Part shown: positions 29,893 through 39,343 of the stretch, in pieces
How positions within the stretch are numbered: position 1 is the stretch's first letter
Layout of the letters: every line of letters begins with the position of its first letter
Assembly: GCA_041739575.1 (NCBI GenBank)
Contig: JBGSNT010000290.1
Span: 9-64,008, forward strand
Origin: Nodosilinea sp.
GTDB taxonomy: Bacteria; Cyanobacteriota; Cyanobacteriia; Phormidesmidales; Phormidesmidaceae
DNA length: 64,000 nucleotides
Reading direction: 5' to 3'
The notes under the pieces: model-generated
Seen by the model: only the letters and a program-made list of their open reading frames with translations
Database searches by the model: none
What the model was told of the DNA's origin: nothing
Position numbers and translations under genes: made by a program

Positions 29893-30103
29893 AGGAATTA
29901 TGTGCAAATGTAGGCAAACAGGAGCAGCGGTCCACACCCCCAATACCCAGGGCGGGGCTAAGGCTGGACCGTAGGGCTGGACCTTATTGTAGCCAAAACA
30001 ACACTGCTGCGGCGGGGAGAGGGGTAGCGTCAGAGCCGCCGGGGTGGGACTGGAACGGCGCTCCACCTCGAACTGCGTTAACATTCCTTAAAGAAATTGT
30101 GCG

Positions 30104-31159
30104 GTGTTGATGGCCGCGATCGCGGCTTCCCCTTCCCTCGCCCCCTGCCCTATGGACTCTACCTCCCCCCCCCCGGCGGCCACCCGCAACCCCCTAGTGC
30201 TGATTGCCCCCTTCTTTCTGTGGGGTACGGCCATGGTGGCTATGAAGGGGGCGATGCCTCACACCGCGCCATTTTTCCTGGCCGGCATGCGCCTAGTGCC
30301 TGCCGGGGCCTTAGTGCTGTTGGTGGGGGTGCTGCTGGGTCGTCCCCAGGCGATCAGCCGCCGGGGCTGGCTATGGGTGGCCCTGTTTGCCCTGGTGGAT
30401 GGGACCCTGTTCCAGGGTTTTTTGGCGGCGGGTCTCCAGCGCACCGGAGCAGGGCTCGGCTCGGTGATGATTGACTCTCAGCCTCTAGCGGTGGCGGTGA
30501 TGGCCCGGGGCCTGTTTGGCGAGCACATTGGAGCTCTGGGCTGGATTGGTCTGCTGTGGGGTATTGCGGGCATTAGCCTGCTGGGTCTGCCCGATGTTTG
30601 GATTTTGTCGCTGCTCCACGGCGATACCACTTGGCTGACCGAGGGAACAACCCTCAACACCCTCCTGGCAGGCGGCGAATGGCTGATGCTGCTGGCGGCC
30701 CTATCGATGGCCACGGGGACAATATTGATTCGCTACGTGTGTCGCCACGTCGACCCGGTGGTCGCGACGGGCTGGCACATGGTGCTGGGGGGGCTGCCGC
30801 TGTTTTTGCTATCGGCCCTGGGCGAGGTAGAGCCCTGGCAGGGATTGACCGGGATTGACTGGGCTGCGATCGCCTACTCAACCCTGTTCGGCAGTGCCCT
30901 GGCCTACGGCATTTTCTTTTTCCTCGCGGCCCAGGGCAATCTGACCAGCCTGAGCGCCCTGACGTTTTTAACACCAGTATTTGCCCTGCTGTTTGGCAAC
31001 CTCTTTTTAGGCGAGACCCTCAGCCCATTGCAGTGGGTGGGGGTGAGCTTTACCCTTGTCAGCATTTATCTCATTAACCAGCGCGACCCACTGACCCAAA
31101 AGCTGCGCCAGTGGCTACTGACCTCCGTAGGCGGCACCACCCCAGCAGAGTCAGACTAA
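30104..31159 (+). CDS. EamA/DMT-family transporter (10 TM)
   Basis: Two EamA repeats (FFLWGTAMVAMK..., ...LAYGIFFFLAAQGNLTSLSALTFLTPVFALL). An ATG at 30152 is a plausible alternative start. Confidence 0.8.
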   Translation: MLMAAIAASPSLAPCPMDSTSPPPAATRNPLVLIAPFFLWGTAMVAMKGAMPHTAPFFLAGMRLVPAGALVLLVGVLLGRPQAISRRGWLWVALFALVDGTLFQGFLAAGLQRTGAGLGSVMIDSQPLAVAVMARGLFGEHIGALGWIGLLWGIAGISLLGLPDVWILSLLHGDTTWLTEGTTLNTLLAGGEWLMLLAALSMATGTILIRYVCRHVDPVVATGWHMVLGGLPLFLLSALGEVEPWQGLTGIDWAAIAYSTLFGSALAYGIFFFLAAQGNLTSLSALTFLTPVFALLFGNLFLGETLSPLQWVGVSFTLVSIYLINQRDPLTQKLRQWLLTSVGGTTPAESD

Positions 31160-31308
31160 GGCCCGTCGCAAATTACCCTCTCCCTAGCCCCCCAGCCCCC
31201 CCCTCTCCCCCCATTCACCGTTTCTTGTCGATTACGTCGCTTCGGGCGGGTTAAGTTACCTTAGGGGCATCCGCACGAGGGAACCGTCGCCAACCGCTTG
31301 GGGCAGCC

Positions 31309-32589
31309 ATGAGAGTGAACACGCCATCGCCAAGGAAAAGGTTTGCCGGCCTGGGGAACTCGGCCCGTGGCCAGGTCGGCCTGGCTACGGGCGCGGGGTT
31401 ACTGGCGATCGCCTCCCTCAGCCTATCGCCAGGGCCCAAACCTGTCCTGGCGGCCCCAACCGCGGTGCCGGCCCCTTCGGCCCCCGCCAACCCCACCCTG
31501 CTGCTGCCGGGGGCCGAAGGGGATGAGGTCATGATGCTGCAGCGCCAGATGCGGCTGCTAGGAATTTACAACGGCCCGATCAACGGCCAGTACGATGGGA
31601 CGACGCAGGCCGCTATTGCGGCTTTTCAAACCAGCGCCCAGATGCCCGCCAGCGGTACCCTGGACCAGGCCACCTGGCAGCGCATGAGCACCCCTCAACT
31701 GCTGGAACAGGCCAATCCAGCCCCCGCCGAGCAACCCGATCTCTTTCCCTCGGCAGCGGAGCCAGAATCAGGGGCCGAGGACTCCGAGCCCAGGGCCCAG
31801 GCGAACCCAGGGCCCGCCCCCGTCCCGCGCCCTGCGGAGAACTCCGAGACCGAGGGGGAAACACCCATCGGACGAGCTGGTCCTCCAGCCTGGCTCTTAG
31901 CCGGAGTGGGGGGGCTGGCAATAGTGGCCCTGCGGCGAAGAGGGCGATCGCCGACACCACCGCTGTCCCCGGATGCCCTTGCCCCCCCTGTTCAAGGGCA
32001 TCCTCCCGTCGCTGGGCTGCCCAGGACCGCCGACCTATACCCGCCCAGCCATGCCGACGGCGGCGATCGCCCCCCGCAAAACACCCTGTCTCCCTGGCCC
32101 CCCTCTGCCACCACTCGCCTCAGCCTGGGGGATATTGTCGACAGTTTGGTCAATGATCTGGCTAGTGCCGATGGGGCTATCCGCTGCCAGGCCATTTGGG
32201 CACTGGGTCAGCGGGGCAATTCTGACGCAATTCAGCCCCTGGTCGAGGGGCTGTTGGAGGCCGACTCTCAAGAAAAAAGCCTGATTCTTGCTGCCCTAGC
32301 GGAGATCAGCAGCCGCAGTCTGAAGCCCATGCACCGCGCCCTGGCCCTGGGGCTGCAGGACCCCAGCCCGGAGGTGCGCAAAAACGCCATTCGCGACCTT
32401 AGCCGTGTCTACGATACGGTGGTACAGCTCAGCTCAATGCTGGGGCACGCCACCCAAGACCCCGACCCTGGAGTACAAGAAACGGCCCAGTGGGCACTCA
32501 GCCAGCTCAACCGCATTCCGGCTGCGCCTTATCCGAGCGCACTGCCTTCGGAGCACGTTTACGACAGCGATCGCCTCCCCCCAGCCTGA
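31309..32589 (+). CDS. Single-pass membrane protein: periplasmic peptidoglycan-binding domain plus cytoplasmic HEAT repeats
   Basis: PG_binding_1 pattern (GDEVMMLQRQMRLLGIYNGPINGQYDGTTQAAIAAFQ), TM helix (WLLAGVGGLAIVAL), HEAT/PBS-lyase-type repeats (IRCQAIWALGQRGNSDAIQPLVEGL; EVRKNAIRDL; GVQETAQWAL). Confidence 0.7.
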   Translation: MRVNTPSPRKRFAGLGNSARGQVGLATGAGLLAIASLSLSPGPKPVLAAPTAVPAPSAPANPTLLLPGAEGDEVMMLQRQMRLLGIYNGPINGQYDGTTQAAIAAFQTSAQMPASGTLDQATWQRMSTPQLLEQANPAPAEQPDLFPSAAEPESGAEDSEPRAQANPGPAPVPRPAENSETEGETPIGRAGPPAWLLAGVGGLAIVALRRRGRSPTPPLSPDALAPPVQGHPPVAGLPRTADLYPPSHADGGDRPPQNTLSPWPPSATTRLSLGDIVDSLVNDLASADGAIRCQAIWALGQRGNSDAIQPLVEGLLEADSQEKSLILAALAEISSRSLKPMHRALALGLQDPSPEVRKNAIRDLSRVYDTVVQLSSMLGHATQDPDPGVQETAQWALSQLNRIPAAPYPSALPSEHVYDSDRLPPA

Positions 32590-32668
32590 TTAGGACTGAC
32601 ACGTGGGTCAGCCCCTACCCATCCACCCCTTACTCACCCCCCCTTACCCATCCACCGATTCACTCCCC

Positions 32669-33799
32669 ATGCCCTCCCGTCGTCTCCTCTTTGTCTCCAC
32701 CCCTGTCGGCCCGCTCGGCTCTGGCCTGGGCGGCGGCGTCGAGCTCACCCTGCAGAACCTGTCCCAGGGCCTGCGATCGCTTGGGCATCAGGTCGCTGTT
32801 GTGGCCCCCGCCGGCTCTCGCCTGGGAGGGCTGCCAGTGGTGGAAATCGCCGGGCAGCTGCAACCAACGGCTCACACCCAGGGGCGCGACACACCGATCG
32901 TTCTGCCCGGCGACAGCGCTCTAGGCAACCTGTGGCGCTACGCCCAGGGGCACCAAACCGAGTTTGATCTGATCGTCAACTTCGCCTACGACTGGCTGTC
33001 CTTTTACCTAACCGAGTTTTTTGACACGCCGGTGGCTCACTTTGTCACCATGGGGTCCCTCAGCAACGCCATGGATGGGGTGATTCAGCAGGTGGCAGAG
33101 CAGTTCTCCGGCCGCCTGGGGGCATACACCCGCACCCAGGTCGAGACCTTTGGGGTCGCCGATGCCTTTGAGATCCTCAGCAGCGCTATTGATGTGAGTC
33201 AGTACGTCTTTTGTGCTTCTCCCGGCAGTACCCTGGCCTGGCTGGGGCGCATTTCCCCCGAAAAGGGCCTTGAGGATGCGCTGGAAGCCGCCAAAATTGC
33301 CCAGGTCCCGCTCAAAATCTTAGGCAAGCTGGAGGATGCCGACTATTGGCAACGGCTCTGTCAGCAATTTCCCGATGCTGCCGATTCCTACCTGGGCTTT
33401 TTGCCCACCCACGAGCTACAGCAGGTTCTGGGCCAGTGCCGCGCTTTAGTCATGACCCCGCGCTGGGTCGAAGCGTTTGGTAATGTGGCGATTGAGGCGC
33501 TGGCCTGCGGCGTGCCGGTAATTGCCTATGCGCGCGGTGGCCCAGCGGAGATTGTGCAACCCGGCAAAACTGGCTGGCTGGTGCCGCCGGATGATGTATC
33601 GGGGCTGGTGGATGCGATCGCCAAAATTGACCAGTGCGATCGCTTCGCCTGCCGCCGCCAGGCCGAAACCGACTACTCCCTCGATGCCCTAGCCGCCCGC
33701 TTTGAGCAGTGGTTTGACACCATTATTGCCGAGGCCAATCGACCTAGGGAAACGGACCGGGGCGAGGTAGCCGCCTCAATCACTGGGCCTGGGGGATAG
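32669..33799 (+). CDS. Glycosyltransferase, GT-B fold (GT4/group 1)
   Basis: N-terminal LLFVSTPVGPLGSGLGGGVE, C-terminal EAFGNVAIEALACGVPVIA...GGPAEIV motif. ATG at 32669. Confidence 0.85.
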   Translation: MPSRRLLFVSTPVGPLGSGLGGGVELTLQNLSQGLRSLGHQVAVVAPAGSRLGGLPVVEIAGQLQPTAHTQGRDTPIVLPGDSALGNLWRYAQGHQTEFDLIVNFAYDWLSFYLTEFFDTPVAHFVTMGSLSNAMDGVIQQVAEQFSGRLGAYTRTQVETFGVADAFEILSSAIDVSQYVFCASPGSTLAWLGRISPEKGLEDALEAAKIAQVPLKILGKLEDADYWQRLCQQFPDAADSYLGFLPTHELQQVLGQCRALVMTPRWVEAFGNVAIEALACGVPVIAYARGGPAEIVQPGKTGWLVPPDDVSGLVDAIAKIDQCDRFACRRQAETDYSLDALAARFEQWFDTIIAEANRPRETDRGEVAASITGPGG

Positions 33800-34451
33800 G
33801 GGTTTGGCGCTGGTGCTCTAGCCGCTGAAAATCGTTCTGCAGAGCCTGTCGCAGCGATTTGTTGTGGGGGTCAACCCGGCGGGCCTTTTTCAGACAGGCC
33901 TCCGCCTTAGTGAGGTTGCCGTTGTTGAGTAGATCGTGCCCCCAGCGGTAGTAGGTGATGGCATGCCACTGGCGAATCTCTGGGTCTTCGGGAAATCGCT
34001 GCACCAATCCTTCCACCAGGGCCACCGCACGAGGAAACCGCTGCCCCTGCAGGAACTCCCGCAGCTGCTTGTAGCTATGCACTTTCAGCGCTTGATCGGC
34101 CTCAGTTCCGCCAGGGGTGGGGCTAACGGTAAAGGCGATCGGCTCGGCGGGTGGGGATGGGGCAGGCTGAGGCCGTACTATCTCTGGCTCAGGTCGTTTA
34201 GGGGGGGCGCTAGTAGTTTTGGGCCGGCCCGAGACGGCGCTACTTGCCACAGTGACCGCCGAAGCAGGCAGGGCGTCAACCAATGTCTGGTAAGCCTGGG
34301 TAATCTGAATAAACTTTTCCTTCGCCAGTTGGTCGTCGGGGTTCACGTCGGGGTGATAAAGTCGCGCCAAATTGCGATAGGCCAGCTTAACATCGGCGAA
34401 GCTGGCCCCGGTTCTAAGACCCAGTATGCGGTAGTGGTGAGCTAGCGCCAT
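33780..34451 (-). CDS. J-domain (DnaJ-like) protein with a TPR-like C-terminal region
   Basis: HYRILGLRTGASFADVKLAYRNLARLYHPDVNPDD. Its 3' end overlaps the convergent glycosyltransferase gene by 20 nt. Confidence 0.8.
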   Translation of the reverse strand: MALAHHYRILGLRTGASFADVKLAYRNLARLYHPDVNPDDQLAKEKFIQITQAYQTLVDALPASAVTVASSAVSGRPKTTSAPPKRPEPEIVRPQPAPSPPAEPIAFTVSPTPGGTEADQALKVHSYKQLREFLQGQRFPRAVALVEGLVQRFPEDPEIRQWHAITYYRWGHDLLNNGNLTKAEACLKKARRVDPHNKSLRQALQNDFQRLEHQRQTPIPQAQ

Positions 34452-34528
34452 ATCATTGCCAACCTGTGAACGAAGGGTACGACTGTTGCCCCTATTCTGC
34501 CAACGGTCGGCAAAAATGGCGCAGCAAA

Positions 34529-35164
34529 TTAGACGGTAGCGGGCACTGGGGTAGCAATCTCCTGGGTGCGCTCTTCAATGACGCGATCGATCAGGCCGTA
34601 GGCAACGGCTTCTTCGGCGGACATAAAGTAGTCGCGATCGGTGTCTTTTTGGATCTGCTCAATGGATCGGCCGGTGTGGGACGCCATCATTTCGTTTAGC
34701 TCTTGGCGAACGCGCAGAATCTCTTTAGCCTCGATCGCAATGTCGCTGGCCTGAAGGCGTTGCCGACCGGTGCCACCCATGGGCTGGTGAATCATGATAC
34801 GCGAGTGGGGCAGGGCCACCCGCTTCCCCTTGCTGCCTGCCGCCAGCAAAAAGGCCCCCATGGAGGCGGCTAGGCCGAGGCAAATCGTGACCACGTCGGA
34901 CTTGATGTACTGCATGGTGTCGTAGATGGCCATACCCGCTGTCACCGACCCGCCGGGGGAGTTGATGTAAAGGTAAATGGGCTTGGTATTATCGTCGGAG
35001 TCGAGATACAGCATGGCCGCCACTATGGAGTTGGCCAGGGTATCGGTAACCTCTTGCCCGAGAAAAATAATCCGCTCCTGGTTTAGGCGGGTGTAGATAT
35101 CGACCCACTGGGAGTACTGGCTACCGGGCAAACGATAGGGGACTTTGGGAGTACCGATGGGCAT
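34529..35164 (-). CDS. clpP: ATP-dependent Clp protease proteolytic subunit (ClpP3 type, catalytic triad intact)
   Basis: GLAASMGAF (Ser), IMIHQP (His), DTDRDYF (Asp). It follows clpR, as in the cyanobacterial clpR-clpP3 operon. Confidence 0.9.
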   Translation of the reverse strand: MPIGTPKVPYRLPGSQYSQWVDIYTRLNQERIIFLGQEVTDTLANSIVAAMLYLDSDDNTKPIYLYINSPGGSVTAGMAIYDTMQYIKSDVVTICLGLAASMGAFLLAAGSKGKRVALPHSRIMIHQPMGGTGRQRLQASDIAIEAKEILRVRQELNEMMASHTGRSIEQIQKDTDRDYFMSAEEAVAYGLIDRVIEERTQEIATPVPATV

Positions 35165-35252
35165 GGTGTGCTTTTACCTAAAAATCAAAACAACAGAATT
35201 ATGCTGGTCAGAGCTCGGCCCTGGGGGGCCATCCTGAGGTCAAGCCTCGGGC

Positions 35253-35939
35253 CTAGACCCCTGCCCCGGCGGCCACCTGGGGAAGTTCTTTGCGGCTAGT
35301 CAGCACCCGGTCAATGATGCCGTATTCCTTGGCCTCTGCCGGGTTCATGTAGAACATGCGGTCAGAGTCGCGCATCACCTGGTCAAAGGTTTTGCCGGTG
35401 CTCTTGGCCAAGATCTCCATCATCGATCGCTTGTTGTCGAGCACTTCCTTGGCCCGAATTTCGATGTCCGTAGCCTGGCCCTGGGCGCCACTGCGGGGCT
35501 GGTTCAGCACAATGCGGGCGTGGGGTAGACTGGCTCGGTAGCCCTTGGTACCCGCCGCCAAAATCACCGCCGCCGACCCCATGGCCTGGCCAATACAAAT
35601 GGTGTGGACCGGGGGCTTGATATAGTTCATGGTGTCGCAAATGGCAAAGGCTTCGGTGTCGTAGCCAATCATATTGCCGTCGTACCAAGAAGTACCGGTG
35701 GAATTGATGTAGAAATAAATGGGCTTGTCGGGGTCGTCGAACTGTAAAAAGAGCAGTTGGGCAATGATCAATTCGGTGACATCAATGCCGACCTGCTGCT
35801 TAATATCGTCCCCTGAGAAGAGGGGCAGACCCAGATACACAATCCGCTCCTTCAGGAGCAGGGAAGGTAGATCCGGGGGTGGCGTGCGGTACATCGCGTC
35901 GCCATACGGTGCCTGCACGGCTTTTATCTCTAAACTCAT
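35253..35939 (-). CDS. clpR: ClpR, a catalytically inactive ClpP paralogue
   Basis: ClpP fold, but the Ser position reads GQAMGSAA and the His position reads IVLNQP. ATG at 35939 (MSLEIKAV); the track ORF is over-extended to 36080. Confidence 0.85.
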   Translation of the reverse strand: MSLEIKAVQAPYGDAMYRTPPPDLPSLLLKERIVYLGLPLFSGDDIKQQVGIDVTELIIAQLLFLQFDDPDKPIYFYINSTGTSWYDGNMIGYDTEAFAICDTMNYIKPPVHTICIGQAMGSAAVILAAGTKGYRASLPHARIVLNQPRSGAQGQATDIEIRAKEVLDNKRSMMEILAKSTGKTFDQVMRDSDRMFYMNPAEAKEYGIIDRVLTSRKELPQVAAGAGV

Positions 35940-36157
35940 AGACCGAAGACGCCCAAATACGGGTTTTGTACAGTGTAACGCGGGATAGAGCTGGGTTCTA
36001 CGCTGCCGCCAAGACGGATATCCCCACCTGGGCCTTGGCTCCACCTTTGCGCCCCCAGGCAGCCTTTGGCTTGATTCCACAATCTCAGAAAGGGTTGGAT
36101 TGTTTTATCTCTGGAATCCGGGCAAAGGAGTCGGGCGCAGCAGCTGTCGATTGCCCC

Positions 36158-37417
36158 CTAATCGGTAAACTTCAGCCGATGGCGAAAGTTGGCGACCGAT
36201 TCCACAATGCCCAGGGCAATGAAATTGGTCAGCAGGGCCGATCGCCCGTAGCTCAACCAGGGCAGCGGAATACCGGTAATGGGAGCAAGACCGATGGTCA
36301 TACCAATGTTCACCACCACCTGAAACACAACCATAGCCAGCACCCCAATTACCAGCAGCGAACCAAAATCATCCTTGGCGTTTTGGGCAATAATCACCAG
36401 CCGAAAGCAGAGCAGCCAGTAGGCCAAAATCACCACCATGCAGCCCACAAACCCCCACTCTTCTCCCACCGCCGAAAAGATAAAGTCGGTGTGCTGCTCA
36501 GGAATAAAATTAAGCTGCGTCTGGGACCCCTGGCCCAGCCCCTGGCCCCACAGCTGCCCTGAGCCAATGGCAATGCGGGACTGAATCAGGTGGTAGCCGC
36601 CCCCTAGGGGGTCTTTGTCAGGGTCCAGAAACAGGACTAGACGGTCCTTTTGGTAGTCTTGCAGCAGCCCCCAGAGAACGTCGCCCAGTTTGCCAGCCAC
36701 CAGGTTAACCGCCGTGGCCACCACGGTGCTAAACCATCGCCAGGGCAAGGTGAACCAGGCAATCAGACCCATGCCCAGGCTCCAGACCAGCCAGGCCGGT
36801 AGCACCAGGTGAAACAAAATTGCCGCCACCAGGGGAGAGACAAACAGAACCAGCCAGCCGGGGTTGCAGTTGGCCCAGTAGAGCATGGCGAGGGTAATCA
36901 CCCCAAATACCAGCGAAGTGCCCAGGTCAGGCTGGATAAACACCAGCACCCAGGGCACCACAATCACCGCCAGGGCGTTGGCTACCCCCAAAAGGGTAGA
37001 GGCATCCCGGCGGCTGAGCATGGTAGCCAGGGTGATGATGATACTCAGCTTGGCAAACTCCGAGGGCTGCACATAAAAACCACCAATGCCCAGCCAGCTC
37101 TGGGCCCCGCCCCCCACGGTGCCGACAAACAAGACGACCACCAGCAGCAGGTTGACCACAGCGTAGATAATCCACTGCCAATTCATCAGGTGCTCGTAGC
37201 GGCTGCGGGCAATCCACAGCGCTATGCCCAGGCCCAACAGCCCCAGCAAAGCATGGTTGAGACCATAGCCTGAGATAACCGTATTGAGCAGGGTGCTGTG
37301 GATCACGACGGCACCAAAAGCCGTGATCGCGATGGGTAGTGCCAGCAGCACCCAGTCTAGGCCCTGCCAACCCACCGCCAGCGATCGCCACTGCTTTTGC
37401 AGGTCGGTAAAGAACAT
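36158..37417 (-). CDS. SEDS-family peptidoglycan glycosyltransferase (RodA/FtsW)
   Basis: 419 aa, about 10 TM helices, motifs QPSEFAKL and HTDFIFSAVGEEWGF...PLPWLSYGRSALL. Confidence 0.9.
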   Translation of the reverse strand: MFFTDLQKQWRSLAVGWQGLDWVLLALPIAITAFGAVVIHSTLLNTVISGYGLNHALLGLLGLGIALWIARSRYEHLMNWQWIIYAVVNLLLVVVLFVGTVGGGAQSWLGIGGFYVQPSEFAKLSIIITLATMLSRRDASTLLGVANALAVIVVPWVLVFIQPDLGTSLVFGVITLAMLYWANCNPGWLVLFVSPLVAAILFHLVLPAWLVWSLGMGLIAWFTLPWRWFSTVVATAVNLVAGKLGDVLWGLLQDYQKDRLVLFLDPDKDPLGGGYHLIQSRIAIGSGQLWGQGLGQGSQTQLNFIPEQHTDFIFSAVGEEWGFVGCMVVILAYWLLCFRLVIIAQNAKDDFGSLLVIGVLAMVVFQVVVNIGMTIGLAPITGIPLPWLSYGRSALLTNFIALGIVESVANFRHRLKFTD

Positions 37418-37427
37418 GGACTACCTC

Positions 37428-38492
37428 CTAGGATGCGAGAGCCGCTACGGATACCTTAGCCGCCACCTGCTGAGCCATAGCCCGCAGGGCCTTAGCGCTC
37501 TCAGAGTCGGGGAACTGCACCACAATGGGAATCCCCTGATCTCCCCCCTCGCGTACCGCGATCTCGAGGGGAATGCAGCCCAGTACCGGCAGCCCCAACT
37601 CCTGGGCCAAGGTCTCGCCGCCGCCGGAGCCAAAAATGTCGTAGCGCTTATCCGGCGCATCGGGGGGAATAAACACGCTCATGTTTTCCACAATGCCCAG
37701 CACTGGCACCTGAAGCTGCTGGAACATCTTTAAGCCCCGACGGGCGTCAGAAATTGCCACCGACTGGGGTGTAGAAACAATCACCGCCCCAGCCATGGGC
37801 ACGGCCTGGGCCAGGGTCAGCTGGGCGTCGCCGGTACCCGGCGGCAGATCGACGATGAGGTAGTCTAACTCGCCCCACTCCACCTGGTAGAGAAACTGGC
37901 GAATAATGCCGTTGAGCATGGGGCCCCGCCAGATCACCGGCTGATCGCGATCGATTAAAAAGCCCATGGAGACCATCTTGACGCCGTGGTTAAAGGCGGG
38001 CTGTAGCACTTCACCCTGGTTAACTACCACCTGGGCTTCGGTTAGGCCCATCATGATCGGGGCGTTAGGTCCATAGATATCGGCGTCGATCAGGCCCACC
38101 GACGCGCCCATCTGGGCCAGGGAAACGGCTAGGTTCACCGCCACGGTGCTCTTGCCCACGCCGCCCTTGCCGCTGGAGACCGCAATGATATTCCTGACGC
38201 CGCCAATGCCGGTGCGATCGGGCAGGGATTTTTGCTGGGGCGTTTCGGCGGTGACCTCCACGCTCACGGTCTCGACCCCCGGCAGGGCACGCACGGCTCT
38301 TTCACAGTCTTCCACGATGAATTCCCGCAGGGGGCAGGCGGGGGTAGTCAGCACCAGGGTGAAGCTTACGGTGCCGTCTGCGATCGCTACATTGCGGATC
38401 ATATTGAGATCCACCAGGCTCTTCTGTAGTTCCGGGTCTTGCACCGGGCGCAGCACATCTAAAACAGAGGCTTCAGTCAGGGTTGAGGTCAT
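37428..38492 (-). CDS. mrp: Mrp/NBP35/ApbC Fe-S cluster carrier ATPase with an N-terminal DUF59 domain
   Basis: DUF59 region (VLDVLRPVQDPEL...TTPACPL), deviant Walker A (SGKGGVGKST), CxxC-like region. Confidence 0.9.
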   Translation of the reverse strand: MTSTLTEASVLDVLRPVQDPELQKSLVDLNMIRNVAIADGTVSFTLVLTTPACPLREFIVEDCERAVRALPGVETVSVEVTAETPQQKSLPDRTGIGGVRNIIAVSSGKGGVGKSTVAVNLAVSLAQMGASVGLIDADIYGPNAPIMMGLTEAQVVVNQGEVLQPAFNHGVKMVSMGFLIDRDQPVIWRGPMLNGIIRQFLYQVEWGELDYLIVDLPPGTGDAQLTLAQAVPMAGAVIVSTPQSVAISDARRGLKMFQQLQVPVLGIVENMSVFIPPDAPDKRYDIFGSGGGETLAQELGLPVLGCIPLEIAVREGGDQGIPIVVQFPDSESAKALRAMAQQVAAKVSVAALAS

Positions 38493-38660
38493 GGAGGTGA
38501 TGGCAGGCGGTAAAAAACGGCTAGCTAAAGCTAGGCTACACCTAAAATAACCCGCGCTTGGGTCGGCGATGGCCCAGAGAAACCTGCAGCGGCCACCGAC
38601 CTAGGGATCGAACCCGGCAAAAGGTCAATTGTGAAGACCTCGCTGAACCTCTCCAGTAGG

Positions 38661-39242
38661 TTACAGCGCTTTGTTGAGGCGAACGCTGCGCGGATCGTCA
38701 TTGACCAGCGCCTGGCGGGACAGAGCCTCATCATCTAGCTCCGACGTGCGACCCAGGATCTGCTGGTGGGGCAACGGGGCCTGGGCGATCAGGGCATCTA
38801 GGTTTTCGCTGAGAATTTGCCGAGGCTGCTCGCCAATGGCGGTGGCAATCGGGGCGGCGTCGGCTCCCAAATAGACAAAGTGGGGAATCCCCTCCACCCG
38901 GTAGGTCAGCATTTCAGGTAGCCACTTATTGTTGTCGATGTTGAGCATGACAAAGTTAACGCGATCGCCGTAATTCTCCCGCAGCTCGGCCATGGCCCCC
39001 GCCATCGCCTGGCAGGTGGTACACCAGTTGGCATAAAACTCTAGCAGCGTAGGCTTGCCGTTGGTCTGCGCCACCTCGTAGGGCAAGGCACTGGCGGCCA
39101 ACTCTGTCAGGGATGGCACCGTGGACTGGGTGCGAATACCCAACACCATCGCCACCGATAGCACCACGGCGGCGATCACCACGACTAAATTACGAGCTCG
39201 GCTGGGGGGGAGTTCTGAGTTCACGGGTGTATTCTCTGACAT
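38661..39242 (-). CDS. txlA: Membrane-anchored thioredoxin-like protein (TxlA/HCF164 type)
   Basis: One TM helix, then EFYANWCTTCQAM (WCxxC). ATG at 39242 (the track ORF extends to 39305). Confidence 0.75.
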   Translation of the reverse strand: MSENTPVNSELPPSRARNLVVVIAAVVLSVAMVLGIRTQSTVPSLTELAASALPYEVAQTNGKPTLLEFYANWCTTCQAMAGAMAELRENYGDRVNFVMLNIDNNKWLPEMLTYRVEGIPHFVYLGADAAPIATAIGEQPRQILSENLDALIAQAPLPHQQILGRTSELDDEALSRQALVNDDPRSVRLNKAL

Positions 39243-39312
39243 AGGACAATGGCAGGCCCCTAGATCTGGTGTGGCCGAACAGACCGGGCTAAATAGACGC
39301 ATCAATCATTGT

Positions 39313-39343
39313 TAGATTTAGGGCCTTCTAGATTTAGGGCCTT
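39313..39343. promoter_or_regulatory. Perfect 15-bp tandem direct repeat (16-bp period) in the txlA / NIL-ferredoxin divergent promoter region
   Basis: tagatttagggcctt at 39313-39327 and again at 39329-39343, separated by a single c. Confidence 0.5.

Noticed and set aside
29962-29983. Direct repeat ggctggacc, two copies with a 13-bp period, in the sppA/EamA divergent spacer. Also checked for a ykkC/guanidine riboswitch upstream of the EamA transporter gene.
   Set aside because: The repeat is short and of marginal significance. None of the conserved ykkC core segments is present.
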